From positions 3,861 through 67,860 of the IMG/VR virus record IMGVR_UViG_3300047471_000541: a DNA stretch of 64,000 nucleotides; one strand, written 5' to 3'. The position numbers and the translations under genes are program-made. Origin of the DNA: a virus. The stretch's first letter is position 1. Each line of letters starts with the position of its first letter. The notes under the pieces were generated by a model. The model was not told the DNA's origin. It saw nothing but the letters and a program-made list of their open reading frames with translations, and made no database searches. Of this stretch, positions 27,657 to 37,051 are shown piece by piece.

Positions 27657-28468
27657 GTGACGTTGATGTAAAAGTACAACCCGAACCCGAGAATGATCGT
27701 CTTGGGACCGCCAAAGCAATCGCATTCACCAGCCGCAAAGTCGATGCTCCAAAACCCGTTGTAACTGAACAACTGCGTGCCAACCGCGGCGCACCAGTCT
27801 GGCACGACAATATCAGTCGGAAGCGGTGGCAACCCGTTCACGGTGGAATCATAAGTCGCAGCGACCACGACAGGACTTCCGTCGCATATTCGAGTGGTAG
27901 CAACTGATGCGTAGTAGGTGTTGGTGTCGTACTCGAAATGCAAGGTGTGACCACCAACGAGACTCATCTTGACACCTGCGTACCAATTACACACGGATGG
28001 ATCGACTTCCTCTCCGCAAGACTCCCAAAGCGTGCAAAGCGAATTCGACCAACCAAGGGTGAAATTCTGGCTAAAAGTCGATACACACGGAAGTATATCG
28101 ACTTCGTATGGCACGTCGTACGCCGAGCCGTGGAACCCGCAGTCCCATGAAGTTAATCCGGCGTTAGGGGAACAACCATCGCTCTGAATGTTTCCGGCGC
28201 ACCGGAACTTGATCGACAGGTGACGCGAAGCGCATGGATCACACGGCGGCGGCCCACCGCCAGGAGGTCCCTGTGTCACAGGCGCTTCACTCGCGCTTTC
28301 GGGTTCCTCGAAATTGAGGCCGAAGGGATCGACGTCGGTTTCGGTTTCGGTTACTTCAATTCGCGGCGGGCGCGGGATACCGCTGGTTTCCTGCCCGAGA
28401 CTAGCGACTTCTTCCGCGAAATCCTGTGCCGCCTGATCGGCTTCGGCGCGAATGTCATCTCGCGTCAT
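27653..28468 (-). CDS. Cys-rich virion protein, paralogue 1
   Basis: MTRDDIRAEADQAAQDFA N-terminus; about 13 Cys. Confidence 0.7.
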   Translation of the reverse strand: MTRDDIRAEADQAAQDFAEEVASLGQETSGIPRPPRIEVTETETDVDPFGLNFEEPESASEAPVTQGPPGGGPPPCDPCASRHLSIKFRCAGNIQSDGCSPNAGLTSWDCGFHGSAYDVPYEVDILPCVSTFSQNFTLGWSNSLCTLWESCGEEVDPSVCNWYAGVKMSLVGGHTLHFEYDTNTYYASVATTRICDGSPVVVAATYDSTVNGLPPLPTDIVVPDWCAAVGTQLFSYNGFWSIDFAAGECDCFGGPKTIILGFGLYFYINVT

Positions 28469-29085
28469 GGACCAAGGTGCCAGCCGGGAAATTCCCACGG
28501 CCCACCCCACGGAGAGTTGACGCCCGCGGTGCGAAGCGTGTCGTTTATGGTCGGCCCAGCTGAAGGCGTAGCGCCAGTTGCGGCGTTCAATTTATTCAGA
28601 GCGCCGGTTGTATTCTCCACTCTCGGCAAGTTCCCGAGCTCGCTGTAAATATCCCCGACAGCTCTATTCGCATTTGGATCGCCCCCGCCGCCTTGCAACG
28701 GACTGATCCGGTTAGCCGGTGGATTGCCGCCCTTGTAAAACGATCCCTCGCGGTGAGTAGCCGTGGCTGGGTAATCGTTGTGGAGATACCCGCCAGCGGG
28801 AAGCGAGTAGTGGTAATTGGACAGCCCCGCCGCTATTCCAGCCGCTGCGGCCGGATCGGCGAAGCGATAACCAAAATTTCCTCCGGCGCTCTGAGAATTT
28901 GCGCCCACGATTCCGCCCCCAGGCAGATCGTTTCCTCCTTGAAAGTTAGCGACAGAACTCACCGGATTGTCTTGAGGCGAAGAAATGCCTCCTTCAATCT
29001 GCAGTGATTGAGCTGGCGCAGCCGGAGCTACCGGAGCCTGCACCTGGGCTTGGCCTTGTTGTTGTTTCTGAATATAGGAAGCCAT
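28465..29085 (-). CDS. low-complexity Gly/Pro/Asn-rich protein
   Basis: ORF in the structural operon. Confidence 0.6.
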   Translation of the reverse strand: MASYIQKQQQGQAQVQAPVAPAAPAQSLQIEGGISSPQDNPVSSVANFQGGNDLPGGGIVGANSQSAGGNFGYRFADPAAAAGIAAGLSNYHYSLPAGGYLHNDYPATATHREGSFYKGGNPPANRISPLQGGGGDPNANRAVGDIYSELGNLPRVENTTGALNKLNAATGATPSAGPTINDTLRTAGVNSPWGGPWEFPGWHLGP

Positions 29086-29090
29086 TGGTT

Positions 29091-31736
29091 TTAGGTTGGA
29101 GTTGGGAAGTTTGCTGCGTCAACGATAATCGCGTGAAACTGAACGTAGCCATACTTGTAGGGCGACGCGTCGAGCTTGTACAAATGAAGTCCACCTGCCG
29201 GCCAACCAGTGCTCCCGGGAGAAGCGGGAATCCCGTAGTTACCCGAAGTTTGGTTGTAAATTTCGGCGGTCACCGAATCGGGTTCCGTGTGATCCTCGTC
29301 CGGCCCAAGATCAGTAGCTACCGCATGAGCGTGCGCGGAAATCGGTTGAGTAAGCATGTGCGGGCCAGCAATCGTCAGATCCGAATGGATCGTCGGACTT
29401 ATCCTTACCGTTTTTACGTTCAACGACTTTTCGTGCGACCATCCTGTTCCACCGGCTGAGGTCGAGGTGGTGCTCGGGCAAGTTGTTCCACAGGTCGAAT
29501 TCGACGCGGTTCCCTGACTGCTCGCGGTCGATTGAACTGACGCCTTCATCCCCTTGGCGGTAATCGTTACGCTCTTGGGCGAAAACTTCGGCCAAGACAT
29601 GACAGCTCCACCGACAATCGACGATAGTTTGGCCGCAACCAGAGCGGGCCAGGTCGAGGGATCGGCTGGCTGCGCGATATAAAACCCGTAGTGCATACAG
29701 TCCAAGTTGTTCCCCCAAAACTGCACAATCTCCGGAGTCACATCAGGGATCATGCTGGCACTGGATTGCGCGGAAGCTCTTAACGCCATGGACACCGAGT
29801 AATTGATGCTCACGCCGGTATCGAACGCTCCGGTTTCCTGATTCACGCCTTCGCCATAGGCCGTTTCGATGATGCCGACGACGTTGAGCAAAATGTCAGG
29901 CATATCGATGTTCACCTTCGAGGGATAAGACAACACGTACTCGTCGAGAACTGTCGCGACCGCAGTCAGATCAACCTGCCGCTCATCCTGTTTCCACTGG
30001 TCGCGCGGCTTAATTTCCATTCGCGCGGTTCCAAGATCGCTGCCAGCCGCCCGGGTACGCGTCGTGAAGGGAATAATGACGTTCAGATGTTCGTCGTATT
30101 CCTGCCCGTTGAGCGTCGGCCACGGCGTGTTATCCGCGCGCTCAGTGGAACGCACATCGTAACCGTTACCCAAATCCATGACGTCGCTTTTGAGAACGAA
30201 CTGACCCGTTTCCACAGGTAGCGAACCGTGAGTGTTCAGCGTGTGAGTGGTCGTCGTCGTGTCGCCACCGTTTTGCTCGGTAAATCCGTGATCCTGTATG
30301 GTCACACCGCCGCTTGGGATCGTGCCGAGTTTCTTGGTGATGATGCGCTTTTTCCAGAGCGCGGTGCGCTTCTCGGTGCGCTCGAACTCGCCTGGGAGCA
30401 GCGTGGGATTGGTCGAAACGTCCGGTGGAATCGCCGAATCAATCGAGGTTTCCGTGAGCGGGATCGCCGCCCGCAGCTTCTCGGGGATCAGGTTGAGGAT
30501 CGACTTGGTGTAACTGTCGTCGGGGAACACGGAAGGAACGTTGGATTCGGTTTTGAGCGAGATGCCGTTACCCAAATCTTCCACCGCCGATTCGACCGTG
30601 AGCGGGCTGGGGGTAATCGTTTGAAGGCCGGATTGAAGACGAGCTACTTGAGTAGCAACCTGTTGTTGTCCGGTCATGCGGTACTCTGTAATTTCTACAG
30701 GCAACGCCGTTATATCGCGGAAAACGCGCGTGTTCTTAACCACGAACACGTTGACCTGCTCGCTCGTGCGTTTGAGGTCGCCGTCCACCATCGTTGGGTC
30801 GGCAGCTATTCCTTCGGTGACTGACGACTGCGTTTTAACCGGAATCAGTGCCTTGAACTTGTGGGGAGTAACGTCGGTCAGTTCGCGGTCGAACTTTTGC
30901 TCAGTGAAAAGAGTGTCGACGAAATCGTGTTCCTCGATCGCTGCGCCGTTACCGAGGTTCTGCCACGTAACGTCCAGCACCGAAGTCGGCAGGGTTGGTG
31001 TAACAGTGGAAAGTTGAAGCGTTTTCTCGATCTGCTCGACCTGCTTGTCCTTGGTCGTACGGGAGCCGGTGATCGTAATTGGCAGTACCCCGGGAGCGAA
31101 GAAATCTTGCGCTCCGGTTTTCATCCGGTGCCGGAAAACGTCGATCTGTTCGTCGCTGGCCGAGGTGGTCCCAGGCGGAAGCGGAAGCGGGATCGGACCA
31201 GCAATCCCCGCCTCAGTGAAAGTGTAACTCGCTTCGGGAACAAAGAACCCGAACTCCGAAGGGATCAATAACGACCGGTTAACGTCCCAGCGCTGGTTGG
31301 GGAACACGTACGGCACAACTCCGTAGGTAAGAAGGGACTTCCCATCTCCCAGCGCCTCTTGGCTCATGGTGGTGACCAGCGCGTTTAACGGAGGCGGTGG
31401 ATCGGTTTCTTCTACCAACCGCTCATTGAGCGTTTCGGTTTGCGCGTCCCCTGTGCGCTTGTAACTGATCAGATCGTTGCCAGCTAAGAGAATCTCGTCA
31501 ATCGTGGTGAGAGTCGCGCCCTCGTACTGGTTGTCGTTCTGGTTAAGATCGATGTAGGTGCGATCCCCATTGAGCGTCGTAGGGAAGCTGTAATCGGCCT
31601 GCACGCCCTCGCGGAGCGTGACCACCTTGAGCTGGCGCCGGAACTTCGCGGGCGTGAGCTGCGGCGAACCAATGGTTTTTCGGTACAGCTTGTTGCCGTC
31701 AACCACATCTGTCCCGCGGCCTCGTTTGAGTCCCAT
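29091..31736 (-). CDS. large tail/virion structural protein
   Basis: 881 aa, T/V/S-rich, recurring LGNG units; downstream of head genes. Confidence 0.7.
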   Translation of the reverse strand: MGLKRGRGTDVVDGNKLYRKTIGSPQLTPAKFRRQLKVVTLREGVQADYSFPTTLNGDRTYIDLNQNDNQYEGATLTTIDEILLAGNDLISYKRTGDAQTETLNERLVEETDPPPPLNALVTTMSQEALGDGKSLLTYGVVPYVFPNQRWDVNRSLLIPSEFGFFVPEASYTFTEAGIAGPIPLPLPPGTTSASDEQIDVFRHRMKTGAQDFFAPGVLPITITGSRTTKDKQVEQIEKTLQLSTVTPTLPTSVLDVTWQNLGNGAAIEEHDFVDTLFTEQKFDRELTDVTPHKFKALIPVKTQSSVTEGIAADPTMVDGDLKRTSEQVNVFVVKNTRVFRDITALPVEITEYRMTGQQQVATQVARLQSGLQTITPSPLTVESAVEDLGNGISLKTESNVPSVFPDDSYTKSILNLIPEKLRAAIPLTETSIDSAIPPDVSTNPTLLPGEFERTEKRTALWKKRIITKKLGTIPSGGVTIQDHGFTEQNGGDTTTTTHTLNTHGSLPVETGQFVLKSDVMDLGNGYDVRSTERADNTPWPTLNGQEYDEHLNVIIPFTTRTRAAGSDLGTARMEIKPRDQWKQDERQVDLTAVATVLDEYVLSYPSKVNIDMPDILLNVVGIIETAYGEGVNQETGAFDTGVSINYSVSMALRASAQSSASMIPDVTPEIVQFWGNNLDCMHYGFYIAQPADPSTWPALVAAKLSSIVGGAVMSWPKFSPKSVTITAKGMKASVQSTASSQGTASNSTCGTTCPSTTSTSAGGTGWSHEKSLNVKTVRISPTIHSDLTIAGPHMLTQPISAHAHAVATDLGPDEDHTEPDSVTAEIYNQTSGNYGIPASPGSTGWPAGGLHLYKLDASPYKYGYVQFHAIIVDAANFPTPT

Positions 31737-31738
31737 TT

Positions 31739-32773
31739 TTAGATGTACCTTGCGCGAGTGAGCGTTTGCTGCGGATTAAGGGAAGCGCCGTTTTTGAGTC
31801 TCATGTAGGCTTCGTCATACTCGGTTTTCAGGGATCCGCGCACCTCGCGGTTTTGGACGTTCGGATGCGCGGCCACGTACTTCCAACGGGCAATCGGGAG
31901 CAAGTACGACTCCACCATGTCAGGATCGAGCGCCTTAACCTCCGCTTCGGGATCGTCCCCGCCCTGCTCGTCCAGATCGGCGCGGGTAATCAGGATCGGT
32001 TTGCGGTAAACCTCGAAGGTCAGGTTCGCGGGCGCGAGCGGCATCGGGTTAATGCTCAGGTAAATCGAAGTGCCTGTGCGTGCGCTGTCCTGCAACGCTT
32101 CCACGCGGAACTCTTGTGGCACACCGGTCACCTTTTCCCACAGCGTGTAGAACGGATAATAACAGCAGCGCCGGCCACTGATCGGACACGACCAGTAATA
32201 GGTGGACAAAAAATCGACCTTGCTCTGCGCGGGCCGCAGTCGCCACGTTCGCGCCAGGGTCACCGGTTCGAGAACGGCAGCAACGTCGGCGTCCATGAGG
32301 AAACAGTCACCGTAGATCGTGGCCTGCGGCGTCCCACTGGCTCCGGTTAACGCACGCAGAAAAGTAAAAGTCGAGGTAGGAGCCGGGGCATCGTTGCCAT
32401 TGTAAGTAATGTCCACGATCCGGTTGAGCATCTGCTCGCCACCGATTAACGCCGAGCATCCGCGCATCCACTCGGCGAACTGTCCCACCATTGTCGCCGT
32501 CTTTTGTCCCTGCGTCGTAGTGAGCGTGATGTTGGTAGTCGGATTGATGTAGGCGCTGCGGGAACCGTACTTCAGCGACTCCGGTCCATCGCGATAGATA
32601 ATCTGGATCGATTGATTGACCGCGCCGACGGCGCGCACGATTTCGCTCTCGTCTTCTCCGTTGTCCGCGCCCCCCAGCGAGAACCCGTAAATGTTGGCGT
32701 AAGCTAGAAGATCGAGGACAATCTCTTGTACGGTCATGCTGCGCGCCTTGCCGAAAGCGCGGGGAATTGTCAA
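31739..32773 (-). CDS. head-tail adaptor / tail tubular protein-like
   Basis: Position after the capsid gene; helical ends with G.P...I.P.P core. Confidence 0.55.
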   Translation of the reverse strand: MTIPRAFGKARSMTVQEIVLDLLAYANIYGFSLGGADNGEDESEIVRAVGAVNQSIQIIYRDGPESLKYGSRSAYINPTTNITLTTTQGQKTATMVGQFAEWMRGCSALIGGEQMLNRIVDITYNGNDAPAPTSTFTFLRALTGASGTPQATIYGDCFLMDADVAAVLEPVTLARTWRLRPAQSKVDFLSTYYWSCPISGRRCCYYPFYTLWEKVTGVPQEFRVEALQDSARTGTSIYLSINPMPLAPANLTFEVYRKPILITRADLDEQGGDDPEAEVKALDPDMVESYLLPIARWKYVAAHPNVQNREVRGSLKTEYDEAYMRLKNGASLNPQQTLTRARYI

Positions 32774-33144
32774 ACAGGAAAGCCGAGGGCTTCCTTCATT
32801 TCATCTTCGCTCATGCCCTTTTTCCACACGCCAGCGTCCCTGGCGCGCTGCTTAATCGTCCTCTCCGGAGGCGGCGTATTGATTTGCACCAACTCAGGAT
32901 CACTGATCGCTACGTCACTTTCTTCCGCTTCGTAGAACTCTGGAACCCACTGCTGTTGGAACAGCACTTGACCTATTAGGTCAAACTTGTCGCGCTCGTA
33001 ATCCTCGAGCGACATTTCAAACACGAACCCACCAAATTCCGGCCGCAAAACCGCTTGCCCGTAGTTTTTGAGACTTTTTCCACAAATCGGGTACTCCGTA
33101 CGTCCATGAGAGAGAACCCTGTTAATCAATCGAACTTTGAACAT
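32770..33144 (-). CDS. hypothetical protein
   Basis: ORF between capsid-associated and adaptor genes. Confidence 0.65.
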   Translation of the reverse strand: MFKVRLINRVLSHGRTEYPICGKSLKNYGQAVLRPEFGGFVFEMSLEDYERDKFDLIGQVLFQQQWVPEFYEAEESDVAISDPELVQINTPPPERTIKQRARDAGVWKKGMSEDEMKEALGFPV

Positions 33145-33151
33145 GGCCCGT

Positions 33152-33181
33152 GATAACAGAAAGGCGGTTGAGCTGTCGAGC
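33152..33181 (-). terminator. intrinsic terminator after the capsid operon
   Basis: Minus strand AGGCGGTTGGGCT-CGAC-AGCTCAACCGCCT followed by TTCTGTT. Confidence 0.65.
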
Positions 33182-33223
33182 CCAACCGCCTCTATGAACT
33201 ATCTGTGCCTTAACCGGCTGAGT

Positions 33224-33712
33224 TTACGTGCCGAGGGCGACAATATCAACCGGCTTGAACTCTTTGGCGACTCCATGCTGGTTGTAGAAGATTTGCCCAT
33301 CCCTGTCCTGACCAAACTTGCGCTTGGCCGCTTCGGAGATGAGGAACTCCTGACCGCGCCCGCTCTGGACAAACACCAGATGGTCGTAGTCTTTACCGTC
33401 GTCGGGCATCGCTCTGACGTTGCTGCCGTCAAGAACGGTCACCAGTACTTGGTTGCTCGGCGTGACTTGATCGATGATCGGTTTCGTTCCGTCGATCACT
33501 GGATCGGCGAAACCCTCGTAGGGATCGGGAGGCGGTACGTCCTCCACGACTTCCTGCTCCGGAGCCGGAACTGACTTTCCTTTCGCGCCGTTCTTGTCGT
33601 CTTTTTTCAGTAGCGCGATCAACTCGTCTTTCTTGGCGTCGTGAGCGTAGTCGAGGTTGCGGCTATCCGCTTCCTCTTTCAACTCAGCCACCGTCATATT
33701 TGCGTAATCCAT
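33224..33712 (-). CDS. HeH/Rho-N-like domain protein
   Basis: MTVAELKEEA..RNL....KKDELIALL. Confidence 0.75.
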   Translation of the reverse strand: MDYANMTVAELKEEADSRNLDYAHDAKKDELIALLKKDDKNGAKGKSVPAPEQEVVEDVPPPDPYEGFADPVIDGTKPIIDQVTPSNQVLVTVLDGSNVRAMPDDGKDYDHLVFVQSGRGQEFLISEAAKRKFGQDRDGQIFYNQHGVAKEFKPVDIVALGT

Positions 33713-33781
33713 AATGAATTTCTTTCGGGGTTGTGGAGCGCCGCCCCCACTTCTGAACGGCGCTCCGGTGTTGCTCCAAAT

Positions 33782-35416
33782 TTAGGTGACTGTCGGGAAA
33801 CCGTCTGCCGGATACGCCGACTCGATCACAATGAAATTCGGGTACTTCCCGTCTGCTCGTTGTGTCGCACAACTGCCAAACACGGTTTCCACTCCGATAC
33901 CGTGATCCATTCCGTGGTTGCGATGTTCCTCGGTGCGCGCAGCGCGAGCGTTGCGTCCCTTGAGTGAACCGTAACCGCAGATACCAGCCATTTCTCCCAA
34001 CCCCAAGGTGTAGCAGAAGGGAACGCCGAAGGCGTTGACCTCCAACACCAGCGATCCGACAGGGTGCGAATCGGTGAGATTCGCCAATAGCCACGGAGCC
34101 ACGTTCCACGTAATTCCCGAACCGGGGAAGGTCGTGACCGCGATACCGCCAGCCGCAGCTCGGAGCCTGCTCGCCATCGTCAGCTTGTTGCCGTTATTCA
34201 CCGTGTAGGTGTAGAGGCCGATCTTGCCGGCGTTCGCGCCGGTCAGGTTGTAGATCGCCACATAACGAACTGTCGTCGTGTCAGCCGGGATTGTGTTGCC
34301 GTTCGTGTAAACGTAGGGCGCGTTCGAGAAGGACTCGAAGTAGTTGGGAGCTGGAACCAACGCCGCACCGGTAGCGTCGCCGCCGCCAGTAATATCGTAG
34401 GCGTTGTTATCAGCAGGGATCGCCGCGCCAAGGAAGGCTCGCGGTTGCAGGACTGAGCCGACCGGTCCGTAGGCTTCGTGGTCGCGGATGTACCACCGAT
34501 AGATGCCGTGGCCGTTCCAATCCACAAAGTCGCCACGGAAGATCGGGTTCCCTTTCCCGCGATTCTCCGCGTACTGGAGCGCCTGCAAGTAGGCTGACTC
34601 ACTCCCGAGAGGCGCGAAGGCGTACTGAGTTCCGAAGAATAGGAACTGCTCGACCATACCACCAGCGGAATTCTTGATTGTCCCTACAGGTTTGCCGCCC
34701 ATACCGGACAACACAAGGCCACCCTTGGTGATTGTGTTCGTGGAAAGTACGTCTGCACTTTTCAAGAGGTCGCGGCCACCTCTGAAGTTAGGCCGCACCA
34801 TGTTTAGCCCCGCTGTTCGAGCAGCGTTGACCAAGCTCATCATCAAGTCCTCGCTGATCTTTCGGCCCAGCCGCTGCCGAAGCAGTTTATTGGACAGATT
34901 ATCGAACTGAGAACCGATAACGGTTTCTTCCTCCGCGACGTCGGTGATACCGAGGCCGAACCATTGGCGCCCAATTTTGCAGGGGAAACCGCCGATACGC
35001 AGTTTTTCTTCGTTACCGCTTCGGTCGCCTTCACCTTGCGCGCCTGGACCGCCCAAGGGAGCGATGGTCGGAATGTTGATCGTGTTACCGTCAACTTTCG
35101 TCAGGTCATCGTACTGGACGAAAGGCTTTCCCGAACCGGGACCGCCGATCATTTCGTCACTGAACACGTTGGCCTGCTGTGCGCCCATTAGGATTCGCTT
35201 TACCCAAAGCTCCTCCGCCGCCTTGGCGTTTTGTGCGACCATGTTGCCATAGGTCGTCACGTTGATTTTGTTGTATGCCGCCCCGAGTTGGGCCGTCATT
35301 AACGGGTTTACTGCCGCCACCGCGAAAAATGCTGCGGCGCTTTGCGTCGCAAACAAGACCACGAGGGCAGTACCCAAGTGTAATCCGGCGATTAACCGGC
35401 GTTTAGTTAGATTCAT
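33782..35416 (-). CDS. major capsid protein, N4-gp56/DUF4043-like
   Basis: DLTKVDGNTINI...G..GEG...GNEEKL; A.NRG..NPIF.G...WNG; follows the scaffold gene; AGGAG RBS. Confidence 0.85.
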   Translation of the reverse strand: MNLTKRRLIAGLHLGTALVVLFATQSAAAFFAVAAVNPLMTAQLGAAYNKINVTTYGNMVAQNAKAAEELWVKRILMGAQQANVFSDEMIGGPGSGKPFVQYDDLTKVDGNTINIPTIAPLGGPGAQGEGDRSGNEEKLRIGGFPCKIGRQWFGLGITDVAEEETVIGSQFDNLSNKLLRQRLGRKISEDLMMSLVNAARTAGLNMVRPNFRGGRDLLKSADVLSTNTITKGGLVLSGMGGKPVGTIKNSAGGMVEQFLFFGTQYAFAPLGSESAYLQALQYAENRGKGNPIFRGDFVDWNGHGIYRWYIRDHEAYGPVGSVLQPRAFLGAAIPADNNAYDITGGGDATGAALVPAPNYFESFSNAPYVYTNGNTIPADTTTVRYVAIYNLTGANAGKIGLYTYTVNNGNKLTMASRLRAAAGGIAVTTFPGSGITWNVAPWLLANLTDSHPVGSLVLEVNAFGVPFCYTLGLGEMAGICGYGSLKGRNARAARTEEHRNHGMDHGIGVETVFGSCATQRADGKYPNFIVIESAYPADGFPTVT

Positions 35417-35472
35417 TTGTCTTTCTCCTAAGTTGGGTTGGCAGAGGAAAAAGCGGCCTTGGCGAAACGTGG

Positions 35473-36594
35473 CTACCGAATAGCGGCAGCAAGCCCATCT
35501 TTCGCGCCGGCAAACTCATCCAGCTCGTCCAACGAGGCTTTTTCGCTGAGGTACTCATAGCTCTTTTTGTCGTCTTGAGCCTCTGCGGGTTTCCCCGGGA
35601 CGGCAGTTTTATTGCCGGATACCGGAGTGGCCTTCTTTTGAACGGGCGTTGGCGGAAGTGCTGGCTTGGATGGAGTTTTAGGCTTGGCAACGATCCCGAG
35701 TTCCTTGGCGACGATTTCCGTCACCCGCTCCGGAGCGGTGTCCGCATACAAAATGGGATGCTCAGGGTGACTCGGGTCTTTCATTTCCTCGAATCGTTTG
35801 GTGATCGCTTTCCCTAGCGGGGTATCAGCCTTGGCAGCGTCGGGATACTCAGCAAGTGCGCGAGTTTTTGACGCTTCGCGCGCTTGCTTCTGTTGCTCGA
35901 CAGCCGTCAACCGCTGGCCTTCGCGTTGGTACTGCAATCCCTCCAACCGAAGTTCCGTCTTGATAAGTTGGGAGCGCTTCTCGGCCAGAGCGACCGTCGC
36001 TGCGCGCATCTCCTTAGTGGACAGAATCTCGTCCGAGTCTTCGGGTGGATCGATCTGAGCTTCCAGAACAGCGATTTCGTTTTGCAACGATTCAAGCTCT
36101 CCGGTGACCGCCGCGACTGGATCGACCTGCGGACCTTCTGCGCGTGGCGCAGTTGGTTCGCCTCTTACCCGCCGCTCGGCTTCGCTCCAAGTGATCGGTG
36201 TTCCTGCAACATCGGCAGCTTTCTTGACCGCGGCGATTGCGCGATCGGTCGGATCCTTGAACCGGAAACGCTCAGGGATTTCTCCTCTTGGTTCCTCTGG
36301 CTCAGGAGCCGCTGTCGGCGGTTCGCCTTCCGCTGGCGGGGTTTCCTCTCCAGTAGGAGGAGGAGTTTCCGCAGGCGGTTCGGTTTCTGGTGCTGCTTCT
36401 GCTACAGGTGCCTCTGATTCGGCTCCTGTGCCTTCTCCACCGCCAGCTACTCCCGCGATCCTGGCTCCCTCGGTCTGAACTGCATCGAGGTCTTCCAGAC
36501 TCGCATTTTCAAGAGTCGGCTGTGGTGTACCCGCTTCCGTTTCGGATGCGGCCGTCGCTGGATTTGTCTCGGCTTGCGCCTGAGTTGGGTCCAT
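35473..36594 (-). CDS. capsid scaffolding protein
   Basis: Acidic Pro-rich N-terminus and coiled coil; directly upstream of the capsid gene. Confidence 0.7.
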   Translation of the reverse strand: MDPTQAQAETNPATAASETEAGTPQPTLENASLEDLDAVQTEGARIAGVAGGGEGTGAESEAPVAEAAPETEPPAETPPPTGEETPPAEGEPPTAAPEPEEPRGEIPERFRFKDPTDRAIAAVKKAADVAGTPITWSEAERRVRGEPTAPRAEGPQVDPVAAVTGELESLQNEIAVLEAQIDPPEDSDEILSTKEMRAATVALAEKRSQLIKTELRLEGLQYQREGQRLTAVEQQKQAREASKTRALAEYPDAAKADTPLGKAITKRFEEMKDPSHPEHPILYADTAPERVTEIVAKELGIVAKPKTPSKPALPPTPVQKKATPVSGNKTAVPGKPAEAQDDKKSYEYLSEKASLDELDEFAGAKDGLAAAIR

Positions 36595-36633
36595 GACGCC
36601 GCGCTCTGGCGAACATGGTAAAAAGATGCAAGC
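36595..36633 (-). promoter_or_regulatory. conserved CTTGC-N19-CAG promoter motif
   Basis: GCTTGC-N19-CAGAGCGCG, then 5 nt to the ATG. Confidence 0.6.
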
Positions 36634-36858
36634 CTATTTTTTCCGGTTCCTGCGCGCCCAGTCGTCCCGCACCTGTTGTTCATGCCGGTGAGCTGGGCTT
36701 TGCCGGAGGAAGCGGGTTAGGCGTTTTCCCATCGCAACTACGCCGATAGGCGAAGCGCAATCGTCGCGATCCATCGTTTTAAGGCCACTTCGTTCATTCA
36801 GATCGACTTGGATCGCGCGGGCCACGAATAACACTTATAAGGCTAACTCCTAGGAACT

Positions 36859-37050
36859 TCAACGGGCTATATCGACCTTGGTCTTAGATTGCCCGTTCCA
36901 ACCTGCGTCGTGCGCGTCCTCCTCGCACTCATGGAGGGTGTCGAAGCCCTTGCGGCACTCCTCAACGATCCGGTTCTGGATCGGGCTCTTACGCTTCCAA
37001 CGCCACTTGTGTCTTCTATCTTTGTAAAATTTCCAAGTGTCCTCACGCAC
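36859..37050 (-). CDS. YegP/DUF1508-like small protein
   Basis: FYKD...WRWKRKS..NRIV....GF.T..EC. Confidence 0.6.
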   Translation of the reverse strand: MREDTWKFYKDRRHKWRWKRKSPIQNRIVEECRKGFDTLHECEEDAHDAGWNGQSKTKVDIAR

Positions 37051-37051
37051 C

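Noticed and set aside
26502-28468. Diversity-generating retroelement acting on the paralogue pair
   Set aside because: No reverse transcriptase and no near-identical template/variable repeat pair with adenine-specific differences.
36634-36834. 66-aa ORF between the YegP-like gene and the scaffold promoter
   Set aside because: No motif or clear RBS; cannot be supported, though it may be real.
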